A stretch of DNA of 62,925 nt, counting the filler, from Reclinomonas americana ATCC 50394 (Eukaryota): assembly GCA_048213135.1 (NCBI GenBank). It is 13 parts of 13 records of this genome, joined end to end, with 100 filler letters (N's around TTAATTAATTAA, not from the genome) between each part and the next. Parts side by side here need not be neighbours in the genome. Positions count along the whole stretch, not along the records: positions 11,963 to 15,898 come from AFZH01020843.1; positions 15,999 to 22,489 come from AFZH01020844.1; positions 22,590 to 25,506 come from AFZH01020845.1; 10 more parts are not named here. One strand, 5' to 3'. Under the pieces are notes generated by a model. The model ran no database searches. It was not told the origin of the DNA and saw only the letters and a program-made list of their open reading frames with translations. Position 1 is the stretch's first letter. Every line of letters starts with the position of its first letter. Positions 13,001-25,000 of this stretch are shown here, piece by piece. The translations under genes and the position numbers were made by a program.

Positions 13001-16000
13001 GGCAGTGGTCGTCGTGTCGGCAGTGACGCCGTCGGCCATTCCGCGTGCGGCTTCGCAGACCGTGTCGGTGGTGGCCAGTGGGCTGCCGTCGAATGCAACC
13101 TTCTCCGTGTCCACGGACTGCGCCAACCCGAGTCCGTCGTCGACCGGCGTTACCCTTTCCGTGAGCTCGCAGTCGGCAATTGGCGCCTCGCTGGTGGCCG
13201 ACGCATCGTCGTCACCCGGTGGCCTCTTTGTGCTGTGCGTGCGCTTTGGCACTTCGTCGTCGTCGGCCTTCCGTGCTGGCTCGCTGGCCGTGGCCTACCC
13301 GCAGAGCCTCTCGCCGACGATTATCAATGCGCCGACTGGCGTCACGTTGAGTGGCACTGGCTTCGTGCCCGGCGCCACATTCATTCTGTCGACTAGCTGC
13401 TCGCCAGCCGCGCCGCCGGTGACTGGCTCATCAATTGTGGCCACGTACGGAAGTGCGTCGACGTACTCGCTCGACGTCAACTTCCCGGCGACGATTCAGC
13501 AGCAGGCGTATCAGATTTGCGTCAAGTGGTCAACGGGCGGCGCTTCGTCGTTCGCCGGCACTCTGACCATTGTCTCCAACGACTGTGCGGTCAACTACCT
13601 GCTTTCCACCATGCCGCCGTGGACGTACCAGTTTGTGGCGCCGTGGGGATCGGCGGCTTCGTTTAGCATTGCCAATGGTACCTATCTGCAGGCGTCGGCC
13701 TCGCAGCAGGGCGACACCGACCGCGTGCTGGTGGTGTCGGTCACCCCGTACTCGACGTACACACTGTCGATCAAGATGCAGGCTCCGGCCTACACCGCCA
13801 ATAATTGGTGGCAGGAGACGGCGTTCCGCGCTGGCCGTCACGACGGCTCCGACTTTGACTCGAATTCGGCGGCGTGGACATTTGTCAACAAGTTCTCTCG
13901 TGATGACGGCTATCTCAACGGCAACGGCAACCAGTGGGTCCTCTACCAGGCCTCGTTGCAGATTGGTGCCGACACGGAGCTGTCGATCGGTTTCAAGCTC
14001 GGCTCCCTCGGCGGCGCAGCGCCCACTGTTGGCTGGCAGCTCCTGTCGCTGTGCCAGACGTGCGCAGGTGTGTTTCCACCCCCCTTTTTCTTAGTTCTTT
14101 TTTTAATTCTTGTACTCACTGCGTCTGTTATCTGTAGGTTCTCTGGTGATGCCGCTGAACACGATGCCGACGTGGAGCTCGACCGAGGTGGCATCGTGGG
14201 GGTCGGCTGCTACGTGGGCCATCACCAACAACAATCAGTTGCAGGCGTCGCTGTCGCAAGAGGGCTCCAATGCACGAGTGGTGGTGGTGCCTGTCGAGGC
14301 CAATGCACGCTACACACTGTCCGTGCGCATGCGCTGCCCGACGTACACCGGCAGCAACCAGTACTGGCACGAGTTTGCGTTCAAGAACGGCAGCAACACG
14401 GCGGTCGATTACGACCAGAACGTGGTGACGTGGACTTTTGTGCAAAAGTTCTCCAACCGCGACAACTTCCCGAACGGCAACGGCGACGTGTTCACCACGT
14501 ACACGTTTGTGGTCAACACTGATGCGTCCGGTCTGCTCAGTCTCGGCTGGAAGCTGGGTGCCCTCGGCGGCCCAGCGCCGACTGTGGCGTGGCAGAGTGT
14601 GGAGTTGACGTGCCAGTCGGTGATCCGCTCGTTTACGCCGTCGGTGGTGCCTGCTGGCGTGGCGGGCGCAACGTTGGTGGCCTCGGGCTCCGAGCTTGTC
14701 GACGTCTCCGCCGACGCCAGCGCCTTTATTCTGGCTGCCACCTCGTGCTCATCGCCGTCGTCACTGGCGCCCACTGTGGTGCCGGGCTCGTCGGTGTCCA
14801 GCACTCTGAACAGCGCCACCCAGATGACGTTGCGAGTGACCACATCTGCCACGTACGGTGGCACTCCGCGCATGTGCGTTCGGTGGTCGCCGACGTCGGG
14901 CTACACCGACATTGACCAGCTGAATGTGGCTCTGGTGTCGAGCATTTCGTCGCCGTCGCTGACCACGGGTCACACGGAGACGATTGCGCTGCAGGGTGCC
15001 GGCTTGGTGTCACCGGCCTCGGTGACGATTAGCTCGACTGCCTGCTCGGCGCCGACTGCGGTGACCGGCGTGCAAGTCACCTCGACGGCATTTGTGTCGT
15101 CGTCGCAAATCAATGTGACGGTGCGCACCGACAGCTCGGCCGCCACTGGTGGGCCGTACTTTGTGTGCGCTCGCTGGAACGCAGCCTACGCCAACACCAG
15201 CGTCGGCTCGATCTCGGTGGCCTCGGTGACCTCGATTGCGCCCAACGTGTTTGTGGCTGGCGCGTCGGTCGCTGCTGTGGTCACGGGCGCCAACATGCCG
15301 GTTCTGTCGGCGAGCACTCAGGCGGCCGCGGCACTCGCGCTGTCGTGCAGCACGCCGCTGCCCGCCGGTGCGATTGTGCTGTCTGTGTCGTCTTCCTCCA
15401 GCACCTCGTTCAGCGTCAGTGGCGCGCTGCCGGCCACTCTGGCCGGCTCCTCCGCCTACCAGCTGTGCGTGCGCTGGTCCAGCAGTGCCAACTATGTCAA
15501 CGCGCTTGGCTCCATCTCGGTTGTCAGCATCTCTTCAGTGACACCGCGCGCTGTGTCGGCCACGGCCGCATCGCCGGTGACTGTGTCCGGTAGCAACCTG
15601 GTGTCTGCCGCTGGAGCCGATTTCGCGGTCGCAGCCTCGTGTGCCTCGCCGTCGGCGAGTGTGGCACAGTCGATCGCCGTGGACACGTCCAAGTTGCCGA
15701 CGACCCTTCTGCTCTCTGTCTCGATTGCCTCGACTGCAACTCCGGCCAGCAACTACCATTTGTGCTGGAAGGTGCAGGGTGGCTCGGGCGCCTACACCGA
15801 TCTGGGCGCACTGAGTGTGGTCGGTGCGACGGGTGTGTCCCCGGCCTTGGTGGCGCGCACTGTGCCGCAAGCCGTGGCAGTCAGCGGCGCCGGTTTCGNN
15901 NNNNNNNNNNNNNNNNNNNNNNNNNNNNNNNNNNNNNNNNNNTTAATTAATTAANNNNNNNNNNNNNNNNNNNNNNNNNNNNNNNNNNNNNNNNNNNNCC

Positions 16001-19000
16001 GATCCGTCGGCCGCTGTGCCCGACGTCACTCTTGTCGGCTCTGTCGTGTCGAGCACGGAGATCCACGTGGCGATGACCGTCGCGCCGAGCTCGCCGGCCG
16101 GCGCCTACGCTCTCTACATGAGCGTCGGTTCAGCCCCGCAAAATATCTCGCCATTCAACCTGGCGCAAGTGACCTCGGTGTCGCCGCTGACCCTGTCGCC
16201 ATCGGCCGGCAATGCGGTGCAACTGGGTGGCGCTGGCTTTATTGATCGGTCGTCGGCGTTCTCGCTGGCTGTCACTTGCGCACCATACTCGGGTGCTGTC
16301 GGTGCAGTCGTTGCCACGTTCACCTCCTCGGCGGCCATGCAACTCGCAGTGGACGCACGCGGTGTCGATCCGGGAGCGTACTCGCTTTGTGTGGCCTGGG
16401 GCAACAGCGAGAGTCCCTCGCTGGCCTTTGGCACGCCATTCAGTGTGGTGGCGATTACTGGAGTGCAACCCGCGGCCGTTCCCAGTGGCGCTGTCTCTCG
16501 TGTCAGTCTCCTCGGCAATGGTCTCAACACGCTGGTGGACAACATTGACAGCATTGTGGTGGCGGCCTCGTGTGCCGGTTCGCCAACATCAGTGGCTCCA
16601 GTCACGATCGAATCGCAGCAAGTGACGCCGACTGTGCTGCCGTTGTTGTTGGATGCCACCAGCAGCGCGGCTGGCTCATACCACGTGTGCGTCCGCTGGT
16701 CGCACACGACGGCGTACGCAGATGCCGGCTCTCTGAGCATTGCTCACGTGGTGCTGCCGTCGTCGCCGCTGGTGTTGACGCCAGTGGATGGACAGACGGT
16801 GGGCGTGACGGGCGCTGGACTGGTGAATGTGTCTAGCGACGCGGCCGCATTTGTGGTCGCTCGCAGCTGCGATGTTTCGCCGCCGGTGGTGGTGGCTTCG
16901 GTCAGCTCGCAGTACTCGTCGTCGACGGCCATGACGCTGACGGTGAATGCCGATGGTGCGGCGGCCGGTGCTGCGCATCTGTGCGTGCGCTGGGATCCGT
17001 CTGCGCCGTACACTGACAGTGGTGCGGTGGTGATTGCCGGAGTGGCGCCGTCCCAACCGACGGCCATTACCAATGCGGCCAACCAGTTGTTCACGCTGAA
17101 CGGTGACGGTTTTGTCGACCTTTCCACGGTCGACGCACCCATGTTTATCGCCACCACGTGCTCGTCGACACCGGTGGTCCCGGCGTCGGCGATTTCGCTG
17201 TCGTTTGACGACCCCTCGCAGTTGTCTGTGACTGCCGATGCGTCGAATGCCGCTGGTGGCGTGTACTCGGTGTGCTTGCGGTGGACGAACACGTCGCCGT
17301 ACGTTGCCGTGTCCACCATTAACATTTCGACAGTGTCGAGCGTCAGTCCGACACAGCAGTTTGCTGGCACGACTGTGTCCGGTGTGGTGAGCGGCGTGGC
17401 CTTTTTGCCGTCGTCCGACGACTCGGCGTGGATTTTGGCGGCCGACTGCTCCAAGCCGTCGCCCGACGATCCCGCCATCACCGCCACGCTGCCGGTCTCC
17501 TATGTGTCCAGCACTTCGCTGAGCGTGTCGTTTGACGCGCACGGCGTCGCCCCCGACAACTACCGCGTGTGCTTCCGCCCGTCGGCGGCCGCCGACTACA
17601 TGGATGTCGGTGCTCATGCCGTGTCGGGTGTGTCGTCGGTGGTACCGGCGTTGATTCCGGCCGCCAGCGGTCAGCAGGTGGCTGTTACCGGTGCCGGCTT
17701 CAACAACACGCTCCCGTCGTTTGTGGTGGCGGCCGATTGTGCCAACCCAACTTCGGCAGTGTCATCCGTGTCGGCCACGTTTGTGTCGGAGACCGTGCTC
17801 AATCTCAGCATTGACGCCGGCGCTGCGACTGGCGGTTCGTACTCGCTGTGCGCTCGCTACGACGCATCCGCGGCATACGCTGCGTTGAGCCCGCTCGGTA
17901 TTGTCTCGGTCGCCGCTGTGGCTCCTCAGGCAGTGTGGGCCGGCTCCACTGGCAACTCGATTGTGCTCTCCGGTGCCGGTTTCGTGTCGTCGATTGCGAC
18001 GGATGTTGACGCACCGTTCAAGATCGCCACCGACTGCTCGGCAGCCATGCTTGGCGGTGTGCAGATTGTCAACGTGCAGGTTCCATCCTCGTCGTCGGCC
18101 TCGTTCCAGATCGACACGACGAGCGCTGTTCCGCACGGCGCCTTTGTGCTGTGTGCTCGCTACGTGAGCACCAGCGCTTACGTGCAGATTTCCGCCTTTA
18201 ATGTGGCGGCCACCGTGTCCACGAGCCCGCAGTCCATGTTCATCAACGCCGTGGTGGCAGTGACCGTGGAGGGCGCTGGCTTTGTGGCTCCCATGCAATT
18301 CCGCGTCTCGACAGCCTGCAGCGACAGCGCTGCGGCCGCCGGTTCCAGTGTGTCGGTTACCTCGCTGGCCTCGACGCAGGTGGTGCTGAGCGTCACTGCG
18401 CCGTCGACGGCCGCTGACACGTACTCGCTGTGCGCTCGCTTTGACGATTCGTCGGCGTACTCGTTCGTGTCGACCTTGCAAGTGCTGGCGGTCACGGCCG
18501 TGGTGCCGTCGACTGTGACGGCGTACCAGTCACAGACTGTGCAGCTGAGTGGCTCAGGTTTCACACCGAGCTCGTTCTCCACCGCCTCGTTCCAACTTGC
18601 GAGCTCGTGCTCGTCGCCGAGCTCCGGCTTTGCCACCATGTCGGCATCGGCCGGCACGGCCTCGGTCACGGCGACATTTGGCAGCAGTGCGCTGATTACT
18701 GTCAATGCTGGCGCCGCCGGTGCCTACTACCTCTGCGTGCAGCTGTCGCCGACTGAGCCGTGGACGCAGGGCCCGGCCATTACGGTGGCCACGGCGCAAG
18801 TGACGCCCGACGGTGCGGCTGTGGTGGCCGGTCAGACACGCGACGGCATCTCCGTTGTCGGCACATTCATGACCAGCATTGACAATGTCAGCAATGGCAT
18901 TCTGATTGGTCGCGTGTCGTGCAGCTCGCCGTCGCGCGAGTCGCCCGAGGCCCTGGCCGGTGTCACGGTTACCACGCTGTACCACGATCCCACACTTATG

Positions 19001-22000
19001 GCTTTCCGCGTTGCCACGCAAACTTCGACGGCCGGCGGCCTGTATCCAGTGTGCTTGCGCTGGGCCAACAGCTCGGCCAGCCAGTACACGGAGATTGGCA
19101 CGGTGTACATTGTGCAAGTGATTTCGCTGATGCCCGATCTGCTGCCGATTGGCACGCACAATTCGGTGCTGGTGAACGGCGCCGGTCTGCCCAACGTCAA
19201 TGGTGTCGCCAATGCGTTCTCGCTGCAACTGCCGTCCGCGGCCTGCGGCGGGGACTCGCTGGCTGGCGTGACGCTGGCGTGGACGTCGTCGTCGTCGTCG
19301 CTGATTTCACTGGACGTGACAAGTGACGGCGGTGTTACTCCCGCTGGCCGGTACTCGCTATGCGCTCGCTTCGAGAACGGCCAGCCGTTGGTGGCTGTCG
19401 GCTCGCTCGCCTTCACGGGCGTCACCAGTTTGAGCACGGCGGCGGTGCCGGTGAGCGCGGCCACGCAAGTGCAAGCCGCCGGAGTTGGCCTCGTGCTGCC
19501 CACGTCGGTGGTGCTGTCGACCAATGATTGCACCACCGAGACGCCTGTGGCTGTGTCCGGTGTGAGCGTGTCGGCGGACAGCGTGTCGGCCGACGGCACC
19601 ACGCTGTCGTTGACGGTCACTGCTGACGCTTCGGCACAGACTGGTGGTCCGTTCAACTTGTGTGTGCGATGGACGCAAATGGTGCAGCCGGTGACTGCTG
19701 GCGAGCTGAATGTGGCCAGCGTTGGCGCCACCTCGCCGGTGGCAATTGGCATTGTCAGCGCTGGATCGCAGACCATTCGCGTGCCGGGCTCGGGTTTGGT
19801 GGATCCGGCGGCTTTCCAGGGCGGTCTGTTGCTCTCCAGCACCGGCTGCTCTTCGCCGACTCCAGTCGCCGCTGTGACGGTTTCAACTACCCTGGTCGAC
19901 TCGACGCTGCTGAATGCGCAAGTGACGACCGCCAATGGTGCCTCTGCCGGCTCTGCCACTCTGTGCCTGCGCTTCTCTTCCTCCAATCCGTACTTTAGCG
20001 TCGGCTCGCTGACACTGGTCTCCGTGTCGGCCACCTCGCCGGCGGTGCTCGCCAGCGGCTTTGTCCAGACGGTGGCCGTCACTGGCGCCTCGTTGCAGGC
20101 CACAGCCTCTTTCACGGTGGCAGTGTCGTGCGCGAACCCGACGCCGGTCACCGTGGCTTCAGCTACTGTTACCGGCACGCCGTCGAGCACCTCGTTGCAG
20201 CTGTCGGTGGATGCCACGGCGGCACCCAGCGGCCCTGCGTCACTGTGCGCGCAGTGGTCGACTGGCGCCGACTGGGTGGCGATTGGTTCGCCGCTGACGA
20301 TTGCCTTGATTCAGAGTGTGGACGACAGTGCCATTGCGGCGCTGGCCAACCGCCAACTGGTGGCTACCGGCGGCAGCATCCCGACCTCGTCGGCCTTCAC
20401 GATCGCTGTTCAGTGCGGCAGCGGGACGCCGGTGGTGCCATCGTCCAAGATTACAGTGACGGTGGCCGCCGACGGCAGCAATGCGGCATTGTCTATTGAC
20501 GCTTCGGCGGCCGCTGGTGGTTCCTACCGCTTGTGCTGGCAGCCGGCGTCAACTACTGGCGTGTTCAACGTGGCACCCTTGGCCGTGGTGCAAACAACTG
20601 GCGTTACGCCGTCGGTGTTGGCCGTCGATCCGGGCACGTCGCACACCACTGTGTTGGCGGGCAGCGGTATTCCGGCCAGCATTGTCTCCAATCCGGATGC
20701 CTTGAAACTGGTGACGGACGGTTCGTGCGATCCCATTGATGCGCTCGACGCAGCCACTACAGTGTCGGCGGTGTCGGTGGACGCTTCTGGTGCGTCGGCC
20801 AACCTGTCGGTCTCCTTCTCGAGCGCAAGCACTGGTGGCTCGCGCACGCTGTGCGCACAGTGGTCGGTGGGTGGTCGGTATTCTCCGGCTGCACAGCTCG
20901 ACCTGGCTCTGGCGTCGTCTGTGTCACCGACTAGTGTGGCGGTCAACACGATTGCGCGCATTACGGTGTCCGGCGCTGGCCTTGTCAAGCCGTTTGCGGC
21001 TGCTGTCACGGCGTCGCCGACATGCAGCACTGGTGCGGCGGGCAGTGGCGACGGAACCAATGTGTCGGTGGTCAGTGGTGCGGCGGACTTGAGCTCGTAC
21101 ACGATTGACTTTGGTAACAACGGCCCGGCTGGCGCGACACTTACTGTGTGCGTGCAATACTTGGCTGGCGATTCGTTTGTGCCGATTGGTACTGTCAATG
21201 TCGGCCAGGTGACGCAGCTGAACGTGAATGCCGTGGTGACTGGCAACCAGCAGCTCGTGCAGGCGTCGGGCGTGCAATTCACCGATGTGACGGGCGTGAC
21301 TGCACCGTACGTGGTTGTGGCCGGCACTTCGTGCGGCACAGCCACCACCGTTGTCGGCATGCCGGGCGTGACTGTCACGCCTGTGGCGGCTGGATCGTCG
21401 TCTAGCGTGCAAATGTTGAATGTGGCCGCCGACTCCACTGCGGCCGGTGCCACTGGCGTGTTGTGCTACCGCTTCGGCAACAACTCACAGTACGCCACGG
21501 GACCGGCGTTTGCGGTTCTGCGTGTGCAGCAGGTGTCGGTGTCGATGCTGACTGCCGGGCAGAGTGCCTCGGGTCAGATCACCGGCAGTGGCCTGGTGAG
21601 CGGCTCCGTGATTATCGCGGTGTCGTGCACAGTCCCGCCGCCGAATACGCCGGTTCCAGTGGCCGGTACCAGTGTCACGCTGGGCGCGGTTTCATCCACG
21701 TCGATTGCCTACACGGTGGCGACCACGGATGGCGTCACGCATGGTGGCCACTACCGCTACTGCTACCAGGCGTCGGCTGCGGCCACGTACGCCGACATTG
21801 GCGCTCTGAATGTGGTGGAGGTCCTCGGCCTCCAGGGATCAACTGTCATTGTCGCGTCGAACACGGTGCAGCACTTGACGGTGGCGGGTCGCGGTCTGCC
21901 GACGACCGGCAACACGGCAGTGTTGTCGTCGACAGCATGCTCGTCACCGACCCCGGTGCCGAATTCCACTGTGGCGGTCAACACGAGCGCCAGTGGCGAT

Positions 22001-25000
22001 TCCGCGGCACTCGACGTTGGTACCAACCAGGTGGCCGGCGGTGTGTACCACTTGTGCTTCACGGTCAGTGGTACCAGCGCCGCGGTGGATGCTGGATCGG
22101 TGACGGTGGTGCAAGTGAACTCGGTGCTGCCGGACACGATTGACCGCAGCGTGCCGTCGACTGTCAGCGTGTCGGGTGCCGCACTGCCTACGAGCGGTGC
22201 CACCTACGTGCTCTCCAGCGGCGCGTGCGACGATGCCACGGCATTTGCTCCGGTCACGATCTCCACGTTGCCGGCCAGCACTGGCCAATTGTTGCAGCTG
22301 AGCGTCGATGCTCGTGGTGCCCCGGCTGGCGCCTACGCCTTGTGTGCCACATTCGCCGCGGGCGCGACGCCAGTGCGTCTGGACACGCTGCAGGTGGCGT
22401 ACATTGCGCCGGTTTCCTCGTACGGTTCGGTGGCCAGCACCGGCTCCGCCACCTTTACGGTCAACGGAGCTGGATTGCCGACCGCCAGCNNNNNNNNNNN
22501 NNNNNNNNNNNNNNNNNNNNNNNNNNNNNNNNNTTAATTAATTAANNNNNNNNNNNNNNNNNNNNNNNNNNNNNNNNNNNNNNNNNNNNATTTGCCGCCT
22601 CGGTCTCTCGTGACTGCTCGGCAGCCACGTCGTCCGCACTGGCTGGTGTGACAGTCTCGGTTTCGCCAGTCGACGCGACTCGTGTGCAGTACCAGTTGAC
22701 GGCCTCGCTGGCAACGCTCCCGACCGTGGCCTCTTTGTGCGTGCAGTTGGGTGCTGCTGGTCCGTTCTACACGTTGGCCAGTGTGAATATTGCCTCCCTG
22801 GGTGCGCTCTCGCCGTCGTCTGTTGGCTCTGGTGTCACCAGCTCCACGGTGCAGCTCTCTGGCGGCGCCTTGCCGAGCTCGGGCTCGTTTGTGCTGGCCA
22901 CCTCTTGCGCGGCTAATCCGCCTACGCCAGTTGCTGGCAGCTCGATCACTGCGTCATTCGCTAGCGCGCCGAGCAGCGTCTCGCTGGACGTGAACTCGAG
23001 CGGTGTGCCTGGCGGCTCGTACGTGGTGTGCGCTCGCCTTGGCGATATGACTTCGTACACAGAGCTCGACAGCCGCCTTGACGTGGCGCAGGTGACTGGC
23101 CTCGTGCCGAGTGCACTGGTTGCCAGCAACGGTGTGCAGAATGTGGTGGTGAATGGTGCTGGCCTGCCTACTTCCGGCTCGACCTTCTTCATCGCCTCTG
23201 GTGGTTCGTGTGCCGGTACTCCTGTGGCGGCACTGGTGCCTACTGGTGTGAGCACAAGCTCGCAAACTCCGTTGTCCGTGGACACGAGCTCGCTTGGTCC
23301 TGGATCGTACGTGGTCTGCGCGTCATGGGGTGCTGGAGCTGCGCCGCAGCAGATCTCCAGCTCTCCGTTGGTGGTCTCTGCCTTGGGCACGGCCAACGCC
23401 TCGGCGGTGCCGCAGGCCGACGGAACGGTGGTGTTGGTGTCGGGACAGAATCTGCCACCGACTGTCAGCTTTGTCGTGTCGTCGACGGCATGCACTGGTG
23501 GCGCGCCGACCCCCGTCAGTGGCGTCACTGTCCACGTGGCCACTCCAGTTGATCCGAATGGCGCCTCGCTCACAGTGGACGCGTCCGGTGCGGATCTCGG
23601 TTCCTACCATCTGTGTGCACAGTTGGCTTCTGGCGGCCCATTCTCGGAAGTGGGCCCGCTGTCGATTGCTGGCATCACATCGGTGTCTCCGCTGGTGCTG
23701 CCGAACACGGTTGGGACCACGCAGACGCTGAGTCTCGCGGGCTCCGGCCTCGGCCTCCCCACCGGAACCAATGCGGTGGTGCTGTCTAGCGGTGGCTGCC
23801 AGCCGCCTGTGGTCGGTGCCGAGTTTACGACCACGCCACAGCTGGTGTCGTCGTCTTTGGTGACGGTGGCTGTGGGCGTCGTGTCGTCTCCGCCGTCGTC
23901 CACTTATCGCCTATGCGTGCGCTTCTCGGCCACGCAGGATTACATTGATGCGGGCGCCGTCAGCTTTGCTGTGCTCGACCACATTGCACCGGCGGTGGTC
24001 CCAGTGGCCACGACGGCCACGGTTACTCTGTTTGGCTCTGGACTTGTCAACGTCGACTCCTCTGCCAACACTTTCATTGTGGTGAACGGACAGTCGTGCG
24101 CCAATGGCCTGGCCGACAAGCTGGCCGGCAGCTCTGTGTCAACCACATTTGTGTCCAGCTCACAGATGAAGCTGAATATCACCAACGGCTCGTCGGCTGG
24201 TGTGTTCCAGCTGTGCGTCAAGTGGCCGTCGACTGCAAGCTACTCTACCGTTTCGCCCGTGAACATCGCCTCGCTTACCTCGGTGTCGGTGCTGGCGGTG
24301 TCTCCGGGTACCGATGTGACGTTTGACGCTGCGGGTCTTGGGTTGGTGGCTCTGGCCAACAATGCCATGCCGTCGTCGCTGGTGTTGGCGACTGACTGCT
24401 CGTCGGCTACCTCCTCGCCTGTCGCGCAAGTGTCGATCACCAGTGTCACTTCGTCGTCGACACTTATGCAGGTGACTGTTTCTGCCGGCGCCGGTGCTGT
24501 CGGTGGAGTCTACAAGCTGTGCGTGCGGTGGGCCACGTCGTTTGCGACGTATGCCAACGGTCCGCAGTTCAACGTGGCTCAAACAACGACCCTGTCGCCG
24601 TCGACATTTGTGCCTGGCATTCCGGGCTCTGGCACCATTGCGGGTTCTGGCTTCGTCGCCATTACCGGTGACTCGGCCGCCCTGCAGGTGTTCTCGTCTG
24701 CGACGTGCACGGTGGCGGTGTCTGGTGTCTCCGTGACCGGCACCGTCCAGTCGTCGCTGTCGTTCACGGCGAGCGCGTCGCAGAACGCGCAGGCGGGTGT
24801 GTACAATCTGTGTGTGCGCTGGTCGCCATCGTCGCCGTACGCCTCGGTGGGCACGGTGTACGTCCCGCGCGCCAACTCGCTCTCTCCGTCGTCGGTGTTT
24901 GCGCAATCGTCTGACTCGCTCAGTGTGGTCGGCGATGGCTACCCATCGACCAACACGTTGGTGGTGGCTAGTTCGGCGTGCTCAGGCACTCCGGTCCCCG

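Noticed and set aside
18832..21453. Long antisense ORFs (461 aa, 309 aa and others) opposite the giant gene
   Set aside because: These are shadow ORFs expected from GC-rich, biased codon usage and carry no recognisable motifs.
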